This document shows, piece by piece, positions 1-9,151 of a stretch of 57,347 bases of DNA (within the stretch, counting starts at the first letter, position 1; each line of letters starts with the position of its first letter). Location: NCBI GenBank assembly GCA_037446635.1, contig JBBIIG010000008.1, forward strand, positions 53,184 to 110,530, given 5' to 3'. Made by a program: the position numbers and the translations under genes. The DNA comes from a bacterium (GTDB lineage: Bacteria > Zhuqueibacterota > Zhuqueibacteria > Oceanimicrobiales > Oceanimicrobiaceae). The notes under the pieces were generated by a model. That model was given only the letters and a program-made list of their open reading frames with translations. It had not been told where the DNA came from and searched no databases.

Positions 1-322
1 GCGAAGGCTAAATGGTGCCAGGCACTTCGGAAGTGCCTGGCACGTCTTTGCGGGGCGGCAACGACGGACGGGATTATCGCCACCGGCACACCGGAGGAAG
101 TGGCGCAGAATCCGGGATCCTATACCGGCCAGTTTTTGAGGAAGGAGTTGAGGAAGGCTTGAGGGTGCGAAGGCTAAATGGTGCCAGGCACTTCGGAAGT
201 GCCTGGCACGTCTTTGCGGGGGCGGCAACGACGGCGGGCGGATCATCGCCACCGGCACACCGGAGGAAGTGGCGCAGAATCCGGGATCTTATACCGGTTA
301 GTTTTTGAGGTGCGAAGGCTAA
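1..322 (+). repeat. Tandem ~166-bp unit: palindrome GTGCCAGGCACTTC-G-GAAGTGCCTGGCAC followed by a degenerate uvrA 3'-end copy
   Basis: Identical palindromes at 15-43 and 181-209. The sequences that follow (54-162, 221-310) are near-identical. GCGAAGGCTAA occurs at 1, 167 and 312. Confidence 0.9.
54..310 (+). pseudogene. uvrA: Two degenerate copies of the UvrA C-terminal coding tail
   Basis: Translates as [36 protein letters not shown], matching the conserved UvrA end (GGxGGxIIAxGTPEEVAxxxxSYTGxFL). Copy 1 has an indel near 66-72. Copy 2 has CAG>TAG at 299-301. Confidence 0.8.
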
Positions 323-325
323 GGG

Positions 326-1489
326 ATGCTCAAAAGCGAAATTAAAAATCTCAAAAACCGTTTAGGTAAAATCACCCGTCGCGGCCATGATTCAAAAAAC
401 GACGGCCGCAAAAAAACCGCCCTCTGTCTCGCCGGCGGCGGCATCACCGGCTCGATGTATGAAATTGGTTGTCTGAAAGCCCTGGACGAATTTGTCGGGC
501 GGCCGGGTTTCTCCAATCAATTTGATATCTACGTGGGCACCAGCGCCGGTGCGGTGGTGGCGGCGCTCATCGCCAACGGCTACTCGGCGCACGAGTTGTA
601 CGACGGCATTTACAATGATTCCGACTCGCCGCTGAACTTCAAACGCAAAGATATTTATAACTTGCGCTGGGGGGAAGTTTTCAAAGCCTTCGCGCCGCTG
701 TTTAAGCGGCTGCCGGATTTGATTCGCTACGGCTGGGCCAATCGCCGCCACGCCACCTTTCTCGATTTGCTGGCCCTGATGCAGGAGTTCATTCCTCCCG
801 GAGTTTTTTCGTTAAAAAATCTCGACCGCTTCATGGCGCGGATGTTTTTCCCGGAGGGCAAAACCAACGATTTCCGGAATTTGGAGAAGGAGCTCTACAT
901 CCCCGCCATCGAATTGGACACGGGCCAGCGCTGGGTGTTTGGCGAGGAGCCGAATCGAGATGTGCCCATCTCGAAGGCGGTGGCGGCGTCGGCGGCCATC
1001 CCGATTTTTTTCCGTCCTTATCGCATCAAAGATCACGATTTCATCGATGGCTCCACCAGCAAAGTCTCGCATCTCGACATCGCGCTCAACCACGGCGCAA
1101 AGCTGATCGTGATCGTCAATCCCACTACGCCCGTAGTGAACGACGGCATTCGTTTGTGCATCCCAACCTTCGATGGACGGTGCGCGCGGCTTTCGGATAA
1201 AGGGATGAGTTTTGTGAGCGAGCAGGCGCGCCGCATCGAAACTAAAGCCCGCTTCGAGATTGGCTTCGAGCGCTTCCGTCTGGCGCACCCCGAAGTGGAT
1301 TACGTGGTCATCGAGCCGCAGGCCTCGGACGGCATCTTGTTTCTGCACGGCGTGATGGATTTCGGCTCGCGCAAAGCCATTTTGAATTACGGCTATGAAA
1401 CCACCGCCGCCGAGCTCAAGCTGAATTTCAAAAGCTATAAAAATATTTTTAAGAAGCACGGGGTCTTGATTCCGGCTGCAGTCTCTTAA
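326..1489 (+). CDS. Patatin-like phospholipase family protein
   Basis: Gly-rich LAGGG motif, nucleophile elbow GTSAG, and DG motif (FIDGS). Confidence 0.9.
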   Translation: MLKSEIKNLKNRLGKITRRGHDSKNDGRKKTALCLAGGGITGSMYEIGCLKALDEFVGRPGFSNQFDIYVGTSAGAVVAALIANGYSAHELYDGIYNDSDSPLNFKRKDIYNLRWGEVFKAFAPLFKRLPDLIRYGWANRRHATFLDLLALMQEFIPPGVFSLKNLDRFMARMFFPEGKTNDFRNLEKELYIPAIELDTGQRWVFGEEPNRDVPISKAVAASAAIPIFFRPYRIKDHDFIDGSTSKVSHLDIALNHGAKLIVIVNPTTPVVNDGIRLCIPTFDGRCARLSDKGMSFVSEQARRIETKARFEIGFERFRLAHPEVDYVVIEPQASDGILFLHGVMDFGSRKAILNYGYETTAAELKLNFKSYKNIFKKHGVLIPAAVS

Positions 1490-1535
1490 CTGCCGAGCAG
1501 CGATGAAGACTTCCTCGTTAAGGTGATCAAAGAAG

Positions 1536-1616
1536 ATGGATTAATGGATTGATGGATTAATGGATTAATGGATTACTGCTATTGGCCTTTCATTACTCCA
1601 AAGATCCATTACTCCA
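1536..1616. repeat. Octamer tandem repeat (ATGGATTA x5) with an inverted CATTACTCCA arm
   Basis: Read directly. The same family occurs at 53891-54025. Confidence 0.85.
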
Positions 1617-1702
1617 CATTGTAAGAACACCTTAGAGGTTACTCAGCTTAATCTGATGTTCTTATAAATCCGATCTTAAAAGTCCAGGAAGTGGAGGGAG
1701 AA

Positions 1703-3439
1703 ATGAAATACCCATTTGCCGTGAAGGTCGTTTTACTGAGTTTATTCATCAGCACTTGCGCCAACCCGGAGAAGATCGAAATGAACCAGGAGTTTGTCCA
1801 GTTTTTGATGGAGTACGAAGGCAAGGTCATTCCGCTCAACAAAGAGCATAACCTCGCTTATTTCACCGCCACCATTTCCGGCAAAGACGAGGATTACCAG
1901 AAGGCCGCGGAGCTGGAAATTCAACTGAGTAAGATTCACGCTAACAAAGATGACTTCGCCAAACTGAAGCGCTTCAAGGAATCCAATTTGATCACCGACG
2001 CCTCGCTGGCGCGGCAGCTCGATGTGCTTTACCGCAGCTACCTCGGCAATCAAATCGATGAAAAGAAGTTGGAAGAGATCATCAACCTCTCGAAAGAAAT
2101 TGAAAAGCAATTTTCCACCTTTCGCGCCGAGGTCGATGGTATAAAAATGACCGACAACGAGATCGAGGAAACGCTGAAGCGCTCCACCGATTCCCAGCAG
2201 TTGCAAAAGGTGTGGACGGCCAGCAAGGAGGTGGGCCGCGCGGTCGCCGCCGATGTTTTGAAATTGGTGCATATGCGCAATGACGCCGCCAAAGATTTGG
2301 GCTTCCCGAATTATCACGCCATGCAGTTGCAGTTGAGCGAGCAGGATCCGACGGAGATCGAAAAACTATTTGATGAGTTAGACGATCTCACCCGCGATAG
2401 TTTCGCCCGCGTGAAAGTGGAAGTGGATTCATTTCTGGCGGCGCGCTATAAAATTCCAAAAGACGAATTGATGCCGTGGCATTATCAGAATCGCTTTTTC
2501 CAGGAAGCGCCCAAAATTTACGAAGTGGATTTCGACCAATTTTATAAAGACAAAGATGTGGTGGCGCTCACCAAAACTTATTTCGCAAGCCTCGGTCTGC
2601 CGATCGACGATATCATCGCGCGCAGCGATCTTTATGAAAAGGAGGGCAAGTATCAGCACGCGTACTGCATCGATATCGATCGCGAGGGCGACGTGCGCGT
2701 GGTGTGCAACGTCAAGCCCAACTACAATTGGATGAACACCATGCTGCACGAATGCGGCCACGCGGTTTACGACAAATTCTTGGATACCGATCCCCTTCGC
2801 GGACATGACCGCGTTATGCCGTGGCTGCTGCGTGAGCCGGCGCACACCCTCACCACTGAGGCCATCGCCATGCTGTTCGGGCGCTTCGCCTCCAATCCTG
2901 CCTGGCTGCGCGACGTGGCCGGAATTTCCGAGGCCGAAATGCAGCAAATCGCCGCCAACAGTTTTCGGCCTGGCGGATCCGCTTTGGCGGACAAGACGTT
3001 GCGGCTGGAACAATTGGTGTTCAGCCGCTGGGTGCAGGTGATGTACCGTTTCGAGAAAGCGATGTATGAAAATCCCGATCAGGATTTGAACGCGCTGTGG
3101 TGGGATTTGGTGGAGAAATATCAACTGTTGAAACGTCCGCCCGACCGTGATGCGCCGGACTGGGCGGCGAAGATTCACGTGGCGTTGTACCCGGCTTACT
3201 ACCATAATTATTTGATGGGCGAGCTGCTGGCGTCGCAACTGTTTTATTACATCAACGAAAATGTTTTGCAAACCGACGATTTGAAAAACCAGAGCTTCGC
3301 TAATCAAAAAGCCGTGGGTCGCTATTTGATTGAAAATATTTTCAAGCCCGGCAATCGCTATTTTTGGAATGAGATGATCGAGAAAGCCACCGGCGAGAAG
3401 TTAACGGCAAAATATTTTGCGAAGCAGTTTGTGGGATAG
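1703..3439 (+). CDS. M3/M2-like zinc metallopeptidase, probable lipoprotein
   Basis: HECGH zinc motif followed by TEAIA. N-terminal hydrophobic stretch ends in Cys. ATG 1703 follows GGAGGGAG. Confidence 0.85.
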   Translation: MKYPFAVKVVLLSLFISTCANPEKIEMNQEFVQFLMEYEGKVIPLNKEHNLAYFTATISGKDEDYQKAAELEIQLSKIHANKDDFAKLKRFKESNLITDASLARQLDVLYRSYLGNQIDEKKLEEIINLSKEIEKQFSTFRAEVDGIKMTDNEIEETLKRSTDSQQLQKVWTASKEVGRAVAADVLKLVHMRNDAAKDLGFPNYHAMQLQLSEQDPTEIEKLFDELDDLTRDSFARVKVEVDSFLAARYKIPKDELMPWHYQNRFFQEAPKIYEVDFDQFYKDKDVVALTKTYFASLGLPIDDIIARSDLYEKEGKYQHAYCIDIDREGDVRVVCNVKPNYNWMNTMLHECGHAVYDKFLDTDPLRGHDRVMPWLLREPAHTLTTEAIAMLFGRFASNPAWLRDVAGISEAEMQQIAANSFRPGGSALADKTLRLEQLVFSRWVQVMYRFEKAMYENPDQDLNALWWDLVEKYQLLKRPPDRDAPDWAAKIHVALYPAYYHNYLMGELLASQLFYYINENVLQTDDLKNQSFANQKAVGRYLIENIFKPGNRYFWNEMIEKATGEKLTAKYFAKQFVG

Positions 3440-3451
3440 TGCGGTCCCCCG

Positions 3452-3479
3452 GTAGGGGTAATTCATGAATTACCCCTAC
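3452..3479. repeat. GTAG-type REP palindrome GTAGGGGTAATTCATGAATTACCCCTAC
   Basis: Perfect 28-bp palindrome between convergent genes. Identical copy at 57217-57244. Confidence 0.9.
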
Positions 3480-3496
3480 GGGGAAACCCGCAATGT

Positions 3497-6244
3497 CTAA
3501 TTCGTACTGAAGCTGTTCAAGGTTGTAGTCACGGCGCCGCCGCCCATCATGGCCGGCAGCTTGCCTTCGCTGCGCACCACGATGTGCGGTGCCTTCTTCG
3601 TAACGAAGATCGTCGCGCCGCCCGCCTCGCCATCCAACGGTTCCAATTCAATTTTAAAAGCGTCGAATGAGCCAGCCGCGACATCGACTTTTTCAAGCCC
3701 GGCGACCTTCAGCGACTGGGGACGGATTTTTTGCGACAGCAGATCGAACGTGCGAATGGTTGTCTCATATCCCGGCGCCAAGGGCAGCGCGCCTAAAGTT
3801 ACCTCCAGCGCCACGTCATCGCCTAACACCGGCGCCTTCAATTTGATGTCCACGGGCATCTCCTGCGGCCCCATTTTGATGCTGCCGAAAATGGCGTCGG
3901 CGCGATAATCGATGGTTACCGCCGACCCGCCCTGTTGCGAACGCCGCTTGAGGGGCAGCAGATTTTTGCCATCGATGTAAAAGGTGTCGGCGGCGGCGCC
4001 CATCGGCGATTGGGTGCTGCTCACGATCTGCCAAACCGCGGAGCCATTCAAAAGCGACTTTTTAATTTTCCGCTCCACCGCCATTTCGATATTCTGATCA
4101 CGAATGGCGATGTTTTGGGTGTATCTCAAAGTCAGCGGCTCCAGCGCGGTGGGCGACAGCGTCGGCAGCGGTGCGGTTTCGGCGCTGGCCGCTTGCTTGA
4201 CGTCCGGCAGCGTCACGGTTTTGACGTCCACGGTGAGTTTCGCCATCTGTTTTTTAAGATCGTCCGGCATCTCTTTCTGGGCGCGTCCGCCGAGATGCTT
4301 CTCAAAAAATCCTTCCATCGCCGCGGCGACCGCCAGCCGATTTTCCGGGCTGCGAAAACCGTGGCCCTCGTCTTCTGCCAGCAAGTATTCCACGGGGTGG
4401 CCTTTATCCCGCAGAGCTACCACAATTTGCTCGGACTCCGCTTTTTTCACCCGCGGGTCGTTCGCGCCCTGAATCACCAGCAGCGGCGCTTTGATGTTGT
4501 GCGCCGAAAACAGCGGGGATTGCTGCTTGAGCCGTTCCGCATCGGTTTCCGGATTGCCGAGGCGGACGTCAAAAATTTTCTTTATCGGCCCCCAGTAGGG
4601 CGGAATGGAATTGAGCAGGGTGATCAAATTCGACGGGCCGACATACGACACGCCGGCGGCGTACAATTCCGGAGTGAACGCGAGACCGGCGAGGGTGGCG
4701 TAACCGCCGTAGGAGCCGCCGAAGATCGCCACCCGTTTGGGATCGGCAATGCCTTTGTCAATCAAATATTTCACGCCGTCCGTGATATCGTGCTGCATCG
4801 CACCAGTGCCCCACTGATTGTTGCCGGCGTTGAGAAATTTCTTGCCGTAACCAGTGGAGCCTCGGAAGTTCGGCTGCAGCACCGCATAGCCGCGATTGGC
4901 CAAAAACTGCGTAAATGAGTTGTAGCCCCAGGTGTCGCGCGCCCAGGGGCCGCCGTGCGGGAGAATCACCACCGGCAGATTTTTCGGATCGGCGCCGCGG
5001 GGAATCGTGAGATAAGCCGGGATGATCAAACCGTCGCGCGCTGGGTAACGAATGGCCTGCATGGGCGCCAGGTGCTCGCTTTTAAGCTGCGGCCGGCTGC
5101 GATACAAAAGCTCCACCTTGCCGCTCCGACGATCGTAAAGATAGACCGACCCCGGATCCACATCGCGGGAAACGGAGACCAAATGCCAGCGCATATCGCG
5201 GGTGGAAGATTGCAAGTTGATTTCGCCCTCGGGCAATTTCTGGCGCAGGATGGCGAGATCCTTTTCCAACTGCTTATCGCGCGGATAAATGCGCACGCGA
5301 TCGCCAACGTAAAACGTGCCGATCAATTCATCGGTGTCCTCGGAAAAAATCGCGCCGCCGAAATCTACCTGGCCTTCGGGATCGGCTTCCACCAACTCCT
5401 CTTCGCCGGTCGCCGGATTAAAAAGAATCAACCGCACCAGGTCAACATTTTCGCCTTTATTGGTGATCATGTAAACGCGCTGGCCGTCTTTGTGGAATTG
5501 ATAAGGCGCACAGGTCTCTTCGTAGTTGCAGTTGTACACCGGCGTGAATTGGTCGCCGTCGCTGCGGAGAATTTCGGTGCCGCCGTCCGCGGTTTGCCGC
5601 AGCGCCAGCCGCAGGTTGCCGTCCAAATCAAACGTGAATGCAGCGATGTTTTCATTATTCTGGAAGATCAGTTCGCGTTTGCCCGTGGCGATATCGAGGC
5701 GATAGACGTCGTGCAGCGCCGGGTCGCGATCATTCAAACCAATCAGCATTTCGTTGGGCTTGTTTTTGGGCACGGCATAAATGAAGGCGCGCACGCCTTC
5801 GATGGGCGTGAGGTCGCGCGCTGGCGGCACCCCACTTTCGGCTTCGGGCGCGTCCGCGGGGTTAACGGCATAAACGTGAAAGTCCTCGTTGCCGCCTTTG
5901 TCCTGCACATACAAAAGATATTTGCTGTCCTGGCTCCAGAAGTACGCCGGCACCGGGCGTTGGTCGGCGGTCACCGGTTTAGCAGCTTCAAATGGCTCGT
6001 TGATGAGTTTCACCCAGATGTTGCGTACCCCTTTATAGGGCTTGATGAATGAAATGAATTTGCCGTCGGGGGAAAGCTGGGAGTTGGAAATTTCCGGATC
6101 GCCGAAAAACAATTCGCGGTCGATCAGTGGGGGGAGCTTGCTGAGATAGGCCTGTTGGGATCTCTGTGCAAACAGGTGGGCGCTTTGAAACAGCAAACCG
6201 CCGGCCAGCAACATGCACAGCCAAAGGTTCGATGGTTTTTTCAT
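3497..6244 (-). CDS. Secreted S9 (prolyl oligopeptidase/acylaminoacyl peptidase) family peptidase with an extra C-terminal domain
   Basis: Catalytic triad motifs GGSYGG, GANDPRV and EGHGF, plus PHGGP. Signal peptide present. AGGAGG RBS precedes ATG 6244. Confidence 0.92.
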   Translation of the reverse strand: MKKPSNLWLCMLLAGGLLFQSAHLFAQRSQQAYLSKLPPLIDRELFFGDPEISNSQLSPDGKFISFIKPYKGVRNIWVKLINEPFEAAKPVTADQRPVPAYFWSQDSKYLLYVQDKGGNEDFHVYAVNPADAPEAESGVPPARDLTPIEGVRAFIYAVPKNKPNEMLIGLNDRDPALHDVYRLDIATGKRELIFQNNENIAAFTFDLDGNLRLALRQTADGGTEILRSDGDQFTPVYNCNYEETCAPYQFHKDGQRVYMITNKGENVDLVRLILFNPATGEEELVEADPEGQVDFGGAIFSEDTDELIGTFYVGDRVRIYPRDKQLEKDLAILRQKLPEGEINLQSSTRDMRWHLVSVSRDVDPGSVYLYDRRSGKVELLYRSRPQLKSEHLAPMQAIRYPARDGLIIPAYLTIPRGADPKNLPVVILPHGGPWARDTWGYNSFTQFLANRGYAVLQPNFRGSTGYGKKFLNAGNNQWGTGAMQHDITDGVKYLIDKGIADPKRVAIFGGSYGGYATLAGLAFTPELYAAGVSYVGPSNLITLLNSIPPYWGPIKKIFDVRLGNPETDAERLKQQSPLFSAHNIKAPLLVIQGANDPRVKKAESEQIVVALRDKGHPVEYLLAEDEGHGFRSPENRLAVAAAMEGFFEKHLGGRAQKEMPDDLKKQMAKLTVDVKTVTLPDVKQAASAETAPLPTLSPTALEPLTLRYTQNIAIRDQNIEMAVERKIKKSLLNGSAVWQIVSSTQSPMGAAADTFYIDGKNLLPLKRRSQQGGSAVTIDYRADAIFGSIKMGPQEMPVDIKLKAPVLGDDVALEVTLGALPLAPGYETTIRTFDLLSQKIRPQSLKVAGLEKVDVAAGSFDAFKIELEPLDGEAGGATIFVTKKAPHIVVRSEGKLPAMMGGGAVTTTLNSFSTN

Positions 6245-6284
6245 AACTGACTGTCCTCCTTTTATTTTGGTCAGAAGCGTTTGG

Positions 6285-6313
6285 ATTATATTAATTCGAT
6301 GAGTCAAAAGCAA
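6285..6313 (-). promoter_or_regulatory. Sigma70-type promoter for the S9 peptidase
   Basis: TTGCTT-N17-TATAAT on the minus strand. Confidence 0.65.
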
Positions 6314-6365
6314 GCGATTTGAAATACGATCATCGCGGCGATGGGGTTCACTTTATTTTTGCGGG

Positions 6366-6394
6366 TTGTATTCTTCGCTCCACTTTTATATCTT
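6366..6394 (+). promoter_or_regulatory. Sigma70-type promoter for ftcd
   Basis: TTGTAT-N17-TATCTT. Confidence 0.5.
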
Positions 6395-6402
6395 AAAATA
6401 AG

Positions 6403-6449
6403 AAATGCCAGGCACTTTCAAAGTGCCTGGCATTTTGTGCCTGGCATTT
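6403..6449. repeat. TGCCAGGCAC-family palindrome with an extra half copy
   Basis: AAATGCCAGGCACTTT-C-AAAGTGCCTGGCATTT followed by GTGCCTGGCATTT. Same core as 15-43 and 181-209. Confidence 0.85.
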
Positions 6450-6472
6450 GGCTACTAAAATTGGAGGACTTG

Positions 6473-8326
6473 ATGCAACGAATCGTTGAATGTGTGCCCA
6501 ATTTTTCTGAAGGACGAGATCGCAACCTCATCAAAAAAATCACCGACCAAATCGAAGCCGTGCGCGGCGTGCAATTGTTAGATGTCGATCCCGGCGAAAG
6601 CACCAACCGCACGGTGGTCACATTTATTGGCGAGCCGCCAGCGGTGATGGAAGCCGCATTCCGCGCGGTGAAAATTGCCGCGGAGTTGATCGACATGTCG
6701 CAGCACAAGGGCGAGCATCCGCGCATGGGCGCCACGGACGTGTTGCCGTTTGTGCCGGTTGCCGGCGTGACGATGGAAGAATGCGTGGAAATGGCGAAGG
6801 CCGTCGGCAAGCGCATCGGCGAAGAGTTGGGCATCCCGGTTTTTCTTTACGAATACGCCGCCGCGAAACCCGAGCGCCGCAATCTCGCCGCCATCCGCGC
6901 CGGCGAATACGAAGGGCTGGCGCAAAAACTTGCCATGCCGGAGTGGAAACCGGACTTTGGCCCGGCGACTTTTAATCCCAAAAGCGGCGCGACCGCAGTT
7001 GGAGCGCGGGAATTTCTTATCGCCTACAACATCAACCTCAACACCACCGACCGGCGTTATGCCACCGACATCGCGTATGAATTGCGAGAACGCGGCCGCT
7101 GGAAACGCGTCGGCAATATTTCTCCTTTTTATTATAAAGGCGACGTGGTTTATTTTGAAGCGGGTAAATTCCCCTGCGGCCAGTGCGGCTTCATTGGCAA
7201 AGATTTCGAGAAGCTGGCCACGCATTACAAAGAAGATCACGGCGGTGATTTGAGCGCGCGCTACAAATCGCTGGGATTTGATATCAACAACCTCGCCGGA
7301 CGGCCAGTTTATAAAGACGGCAAATTTACCCACGTAAAGGCCGTCGGCTGGGTCGTGGAAGCGTACAAACGCGCGCAGATTTCCATCAATCTCACCAACT
7401 ACAAAGTCTCGCCGCCGCACGCGGTGCTGGAAGAAACTCGCCGGTTGGCGGCGGAACGCGGCATTATTATTAGTGGCTCGGAGATTGTGGGCGTCGTGCC
7501 GTTCGACACGATGCAGATGGCCGGCAAATTTTATTTGCAGCGCATGAAAAAATCCACCGGCATCCCGGCGCGGGATATTGTGGAGACCGCGGTGCAGTCG
7601 ATGGGACTACGGGACGTTGCGCCGTTCGACATCGACAAAAAAGTCATTGGCCTGCCGAAGCAAAACGGGCCGCTGGTCAATCTCAAAGTGGTAGATTTTG
7701 TGGATGAAGTCTCGCGCGATACACCGGCGCCCGGCGGCGGCTCGATTGCCGCGCTGGCCGGCGCACTGGGCGCGGCCCTGGCGTCGATGGTGGCGAACCT
7801 TTCAATTGGCAAGGGCGAATTCGATCCACAATATGAAAAGTTGTGCGAGTTAGCGGAGAAGGGGCAGAAAATCAAAGATGAATTGGTGCACGCGATTGAC
7901 GCCGACACCGAAGCCTTCAACGCGGTGCTGGCAGCCATGCGTTTGCCGAAGGACACGCCGCCGCAAAAAGAAAAGCGCGCCGAGAAAATGCGCGCGGGCT
8001 ACAAATCCGCGGCCAAAGTGCCGCTGCGCACCGCTGAGTTGTGCCGCGACGCGCTCAAACTTTGCCTGGATGCCGCTCGCATCGGCAACCACGCGGTGAT
8101 GAGCGACGCCGGCGTGGGCGCGCTCATGGCCTTTGCCGGCGTGCAGGGCGCGATTTATAACGTGCGCATCAACCTGCCGCAGACCGAAGACGACGCTTTC
8201 ATAACCGAAATGAACCAGAAAATCGCTGCCCTTTTTGAGGAAGCCAAAACCACCTGCGAGGCGGTGCAAGCGGAGGTGGAGGCGAGTTTGAAGACGGTGC
8301 AGATGGAGACAGGTCAGGAAGGGTGA
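6473..8326 (+). CDS. ftcd: Bifunctional glutamate formimidoyltransferase / formiminotetrahydrofolate cyclodeaminase, with an inserted C2H2-like motif
   Basis: ECVPNFSEGR, HPRMGATDV, LIAYNINL, TPAPGGGS and YNVRINL motifs. GGAGG RBS precedes ATG 6473. Confidence 0.93.
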   Translation: MQRIVECVPNFSEGRDRNLIKKITDQIEAVRGVQLLDVDPGESTNRTVVTFIGEPPAVMEAAFRAVKIAAELIDMSQHKGEHPRMGATDVLPFVPVAGVTMEECVEMAKAVGKRIGEELGIPVFLYEYAAAKPERRNLAAIRAGEYEGLAQKLAMPEWKPDFGPATFNPKSGATAVGAREFLIAYNINLNTTDRRYATDIAYELRERGRWKRVGNISPFYYKGDVVYFEAGKFPCGQCGFIGKDFEKLATHYKEDHGGDLSARYKSLGFDINNLAGRPVYKDGKFTHVKAVGWVVEAYKRAQISINLTNYKVSPPHAVLEETRRLAAERGIIISGSEIVGVVPFDTMQMAGKFYLQRMKKSTGIPARDIVETAVQSMGLRDVAPFDIDKKVIGLPKQNGPLVNLKVVDFVDEVSRDTPAPGGGSIAALAGALGAALASMVANLSIGKGEFDPQYEKLCELAEKGQKIKDELVHAIDADTEAFNAVLAAMRLPKDTPPQKEKRAEKMRAGYKSAAKVPLRTAELCRDALKLCLDAARIGNHAVMSDAGVGALMAFAGVQGAIYNVRINLPQTEDDAFITEMNQKIAALFEEAKTTCEAVQAEVEASLKTVQMETGQEG

Positions 8327-8380
8327 GCGAAAGTGGGGGCATCTCAACTGGAAGGGAATCTATGTGGTTAGAAAGATTAA

Positions 8381-8987
8381 CTATTCTCCAATCTCTCGCA
8401 AAGCGGCGCCAACCTCACCGGCATTCTGAACGCGTTTCGCGCTCTCTTTTTGTAACAACCGCTCCACCAAATTAATAAGTTTCGGCGGCGCATCTTTTCG
8501 CAGCGAGTGCACCGGTGGTGGATTCTGATTCAGGATGTTGAATAGCACCACCTGCTCGTGTTCTCCTTTGAATGGCCGCTCGCCGGTCAGCATTTCGTAC
8601 ATCACCACGCCCAGCGACCACAGGTCGGTGCGGGCGTCCACTTTTTCTCCGCGCGCCTGCTCCGGGCCCGCCCTGCGAAATTCCCAAAAGCGGAAATTTT
8701 TCCAGGCCGAACGCCTCCACCACGGTTTCGAGATCGCTGACCCAGGCCTCCAGAGAAAAGTCATCCACCTGCCAATCGGAAAGGCCGCAGCCCCGTTCAT
8801 CGCAGCGAATGAGAGTGTGGCTGCGCGCCAACTCCGTCAGCCAGTGGCGCCAGACCGGACTCTGCCAGTCGTATTCGAGATGATTGAGCCAGTTAGCGGC
8901 TTTCACCAGCGGCGGCCCATTGCCGATGGTGGCGTACGCGATGCGGACGCCGTCTTGTGCGGTGCAGAAACGAACGGTTTGTTCCAT
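8381..8987 (-). pseudogene. Out-of-frame chimera: alpha/beta-hydrolase N-terminal part (~8666-8987) joined to a Ser/Thr kinase C-lobe fragment (8381-~8665)
   Basis: DGVRIAYATIG...GISQGGP in one frame and [28 protein letters not shown] in another. Both domains are truncated. Confidence 0.85.
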
Positions 8988-9013
8988 ACTGGATTCAAAT
9001 TTTTTTAACTTTT

Positions 9014-9042
9014 ATAATAGCACCTGTGCGGTTTTATTGCAA
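9014..9042 (-). promoter_or_regulatory. Sigma70-type promoter of the hydrolase/kinase pseudogene
   Basis: TTGCAA-N17-TATTAT on the minus strand. Confidence 0.5.
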
Positions 9043-9073
9043 GTAAAAACTCATTTTCAGCCAGAGAAACTCC

Positions 9074-9102
9074 TTGACTTTTATAGATAATTTTTATACG
9101 TT
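9074..9102 (+). promoter_or_regulatory. Sigma70-type promoter of the rpmH operon
   Basis: TTGACT-N17-TACGTT in an AT-rich region. Confidence 0.5.
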
Positions 9103-9151
9103 GGCGTTTGCTTAAATCAAAGTTTTCAATCCATTTTAGGGCAACTCAAAA

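Noticed and set aside
12..308. 98-aa [15 protein letters not shown]...
   Set aside because: Read-through of the palindrome/uvrA-tail repeats; no independent coding signal.
1..322. CRISPR array (29-bp palindromic repeat recurring)
   Set aside because: Only two repeats, ~137-bp 'spacers' that are near-identical uvrA-derived copies, and no cas genes.
8988..9151. oriC in the AT-rich region upstream of rpmH
   Set aside because: No TTATCCACA-like box cluster; the region is explained by two divergent promoters.
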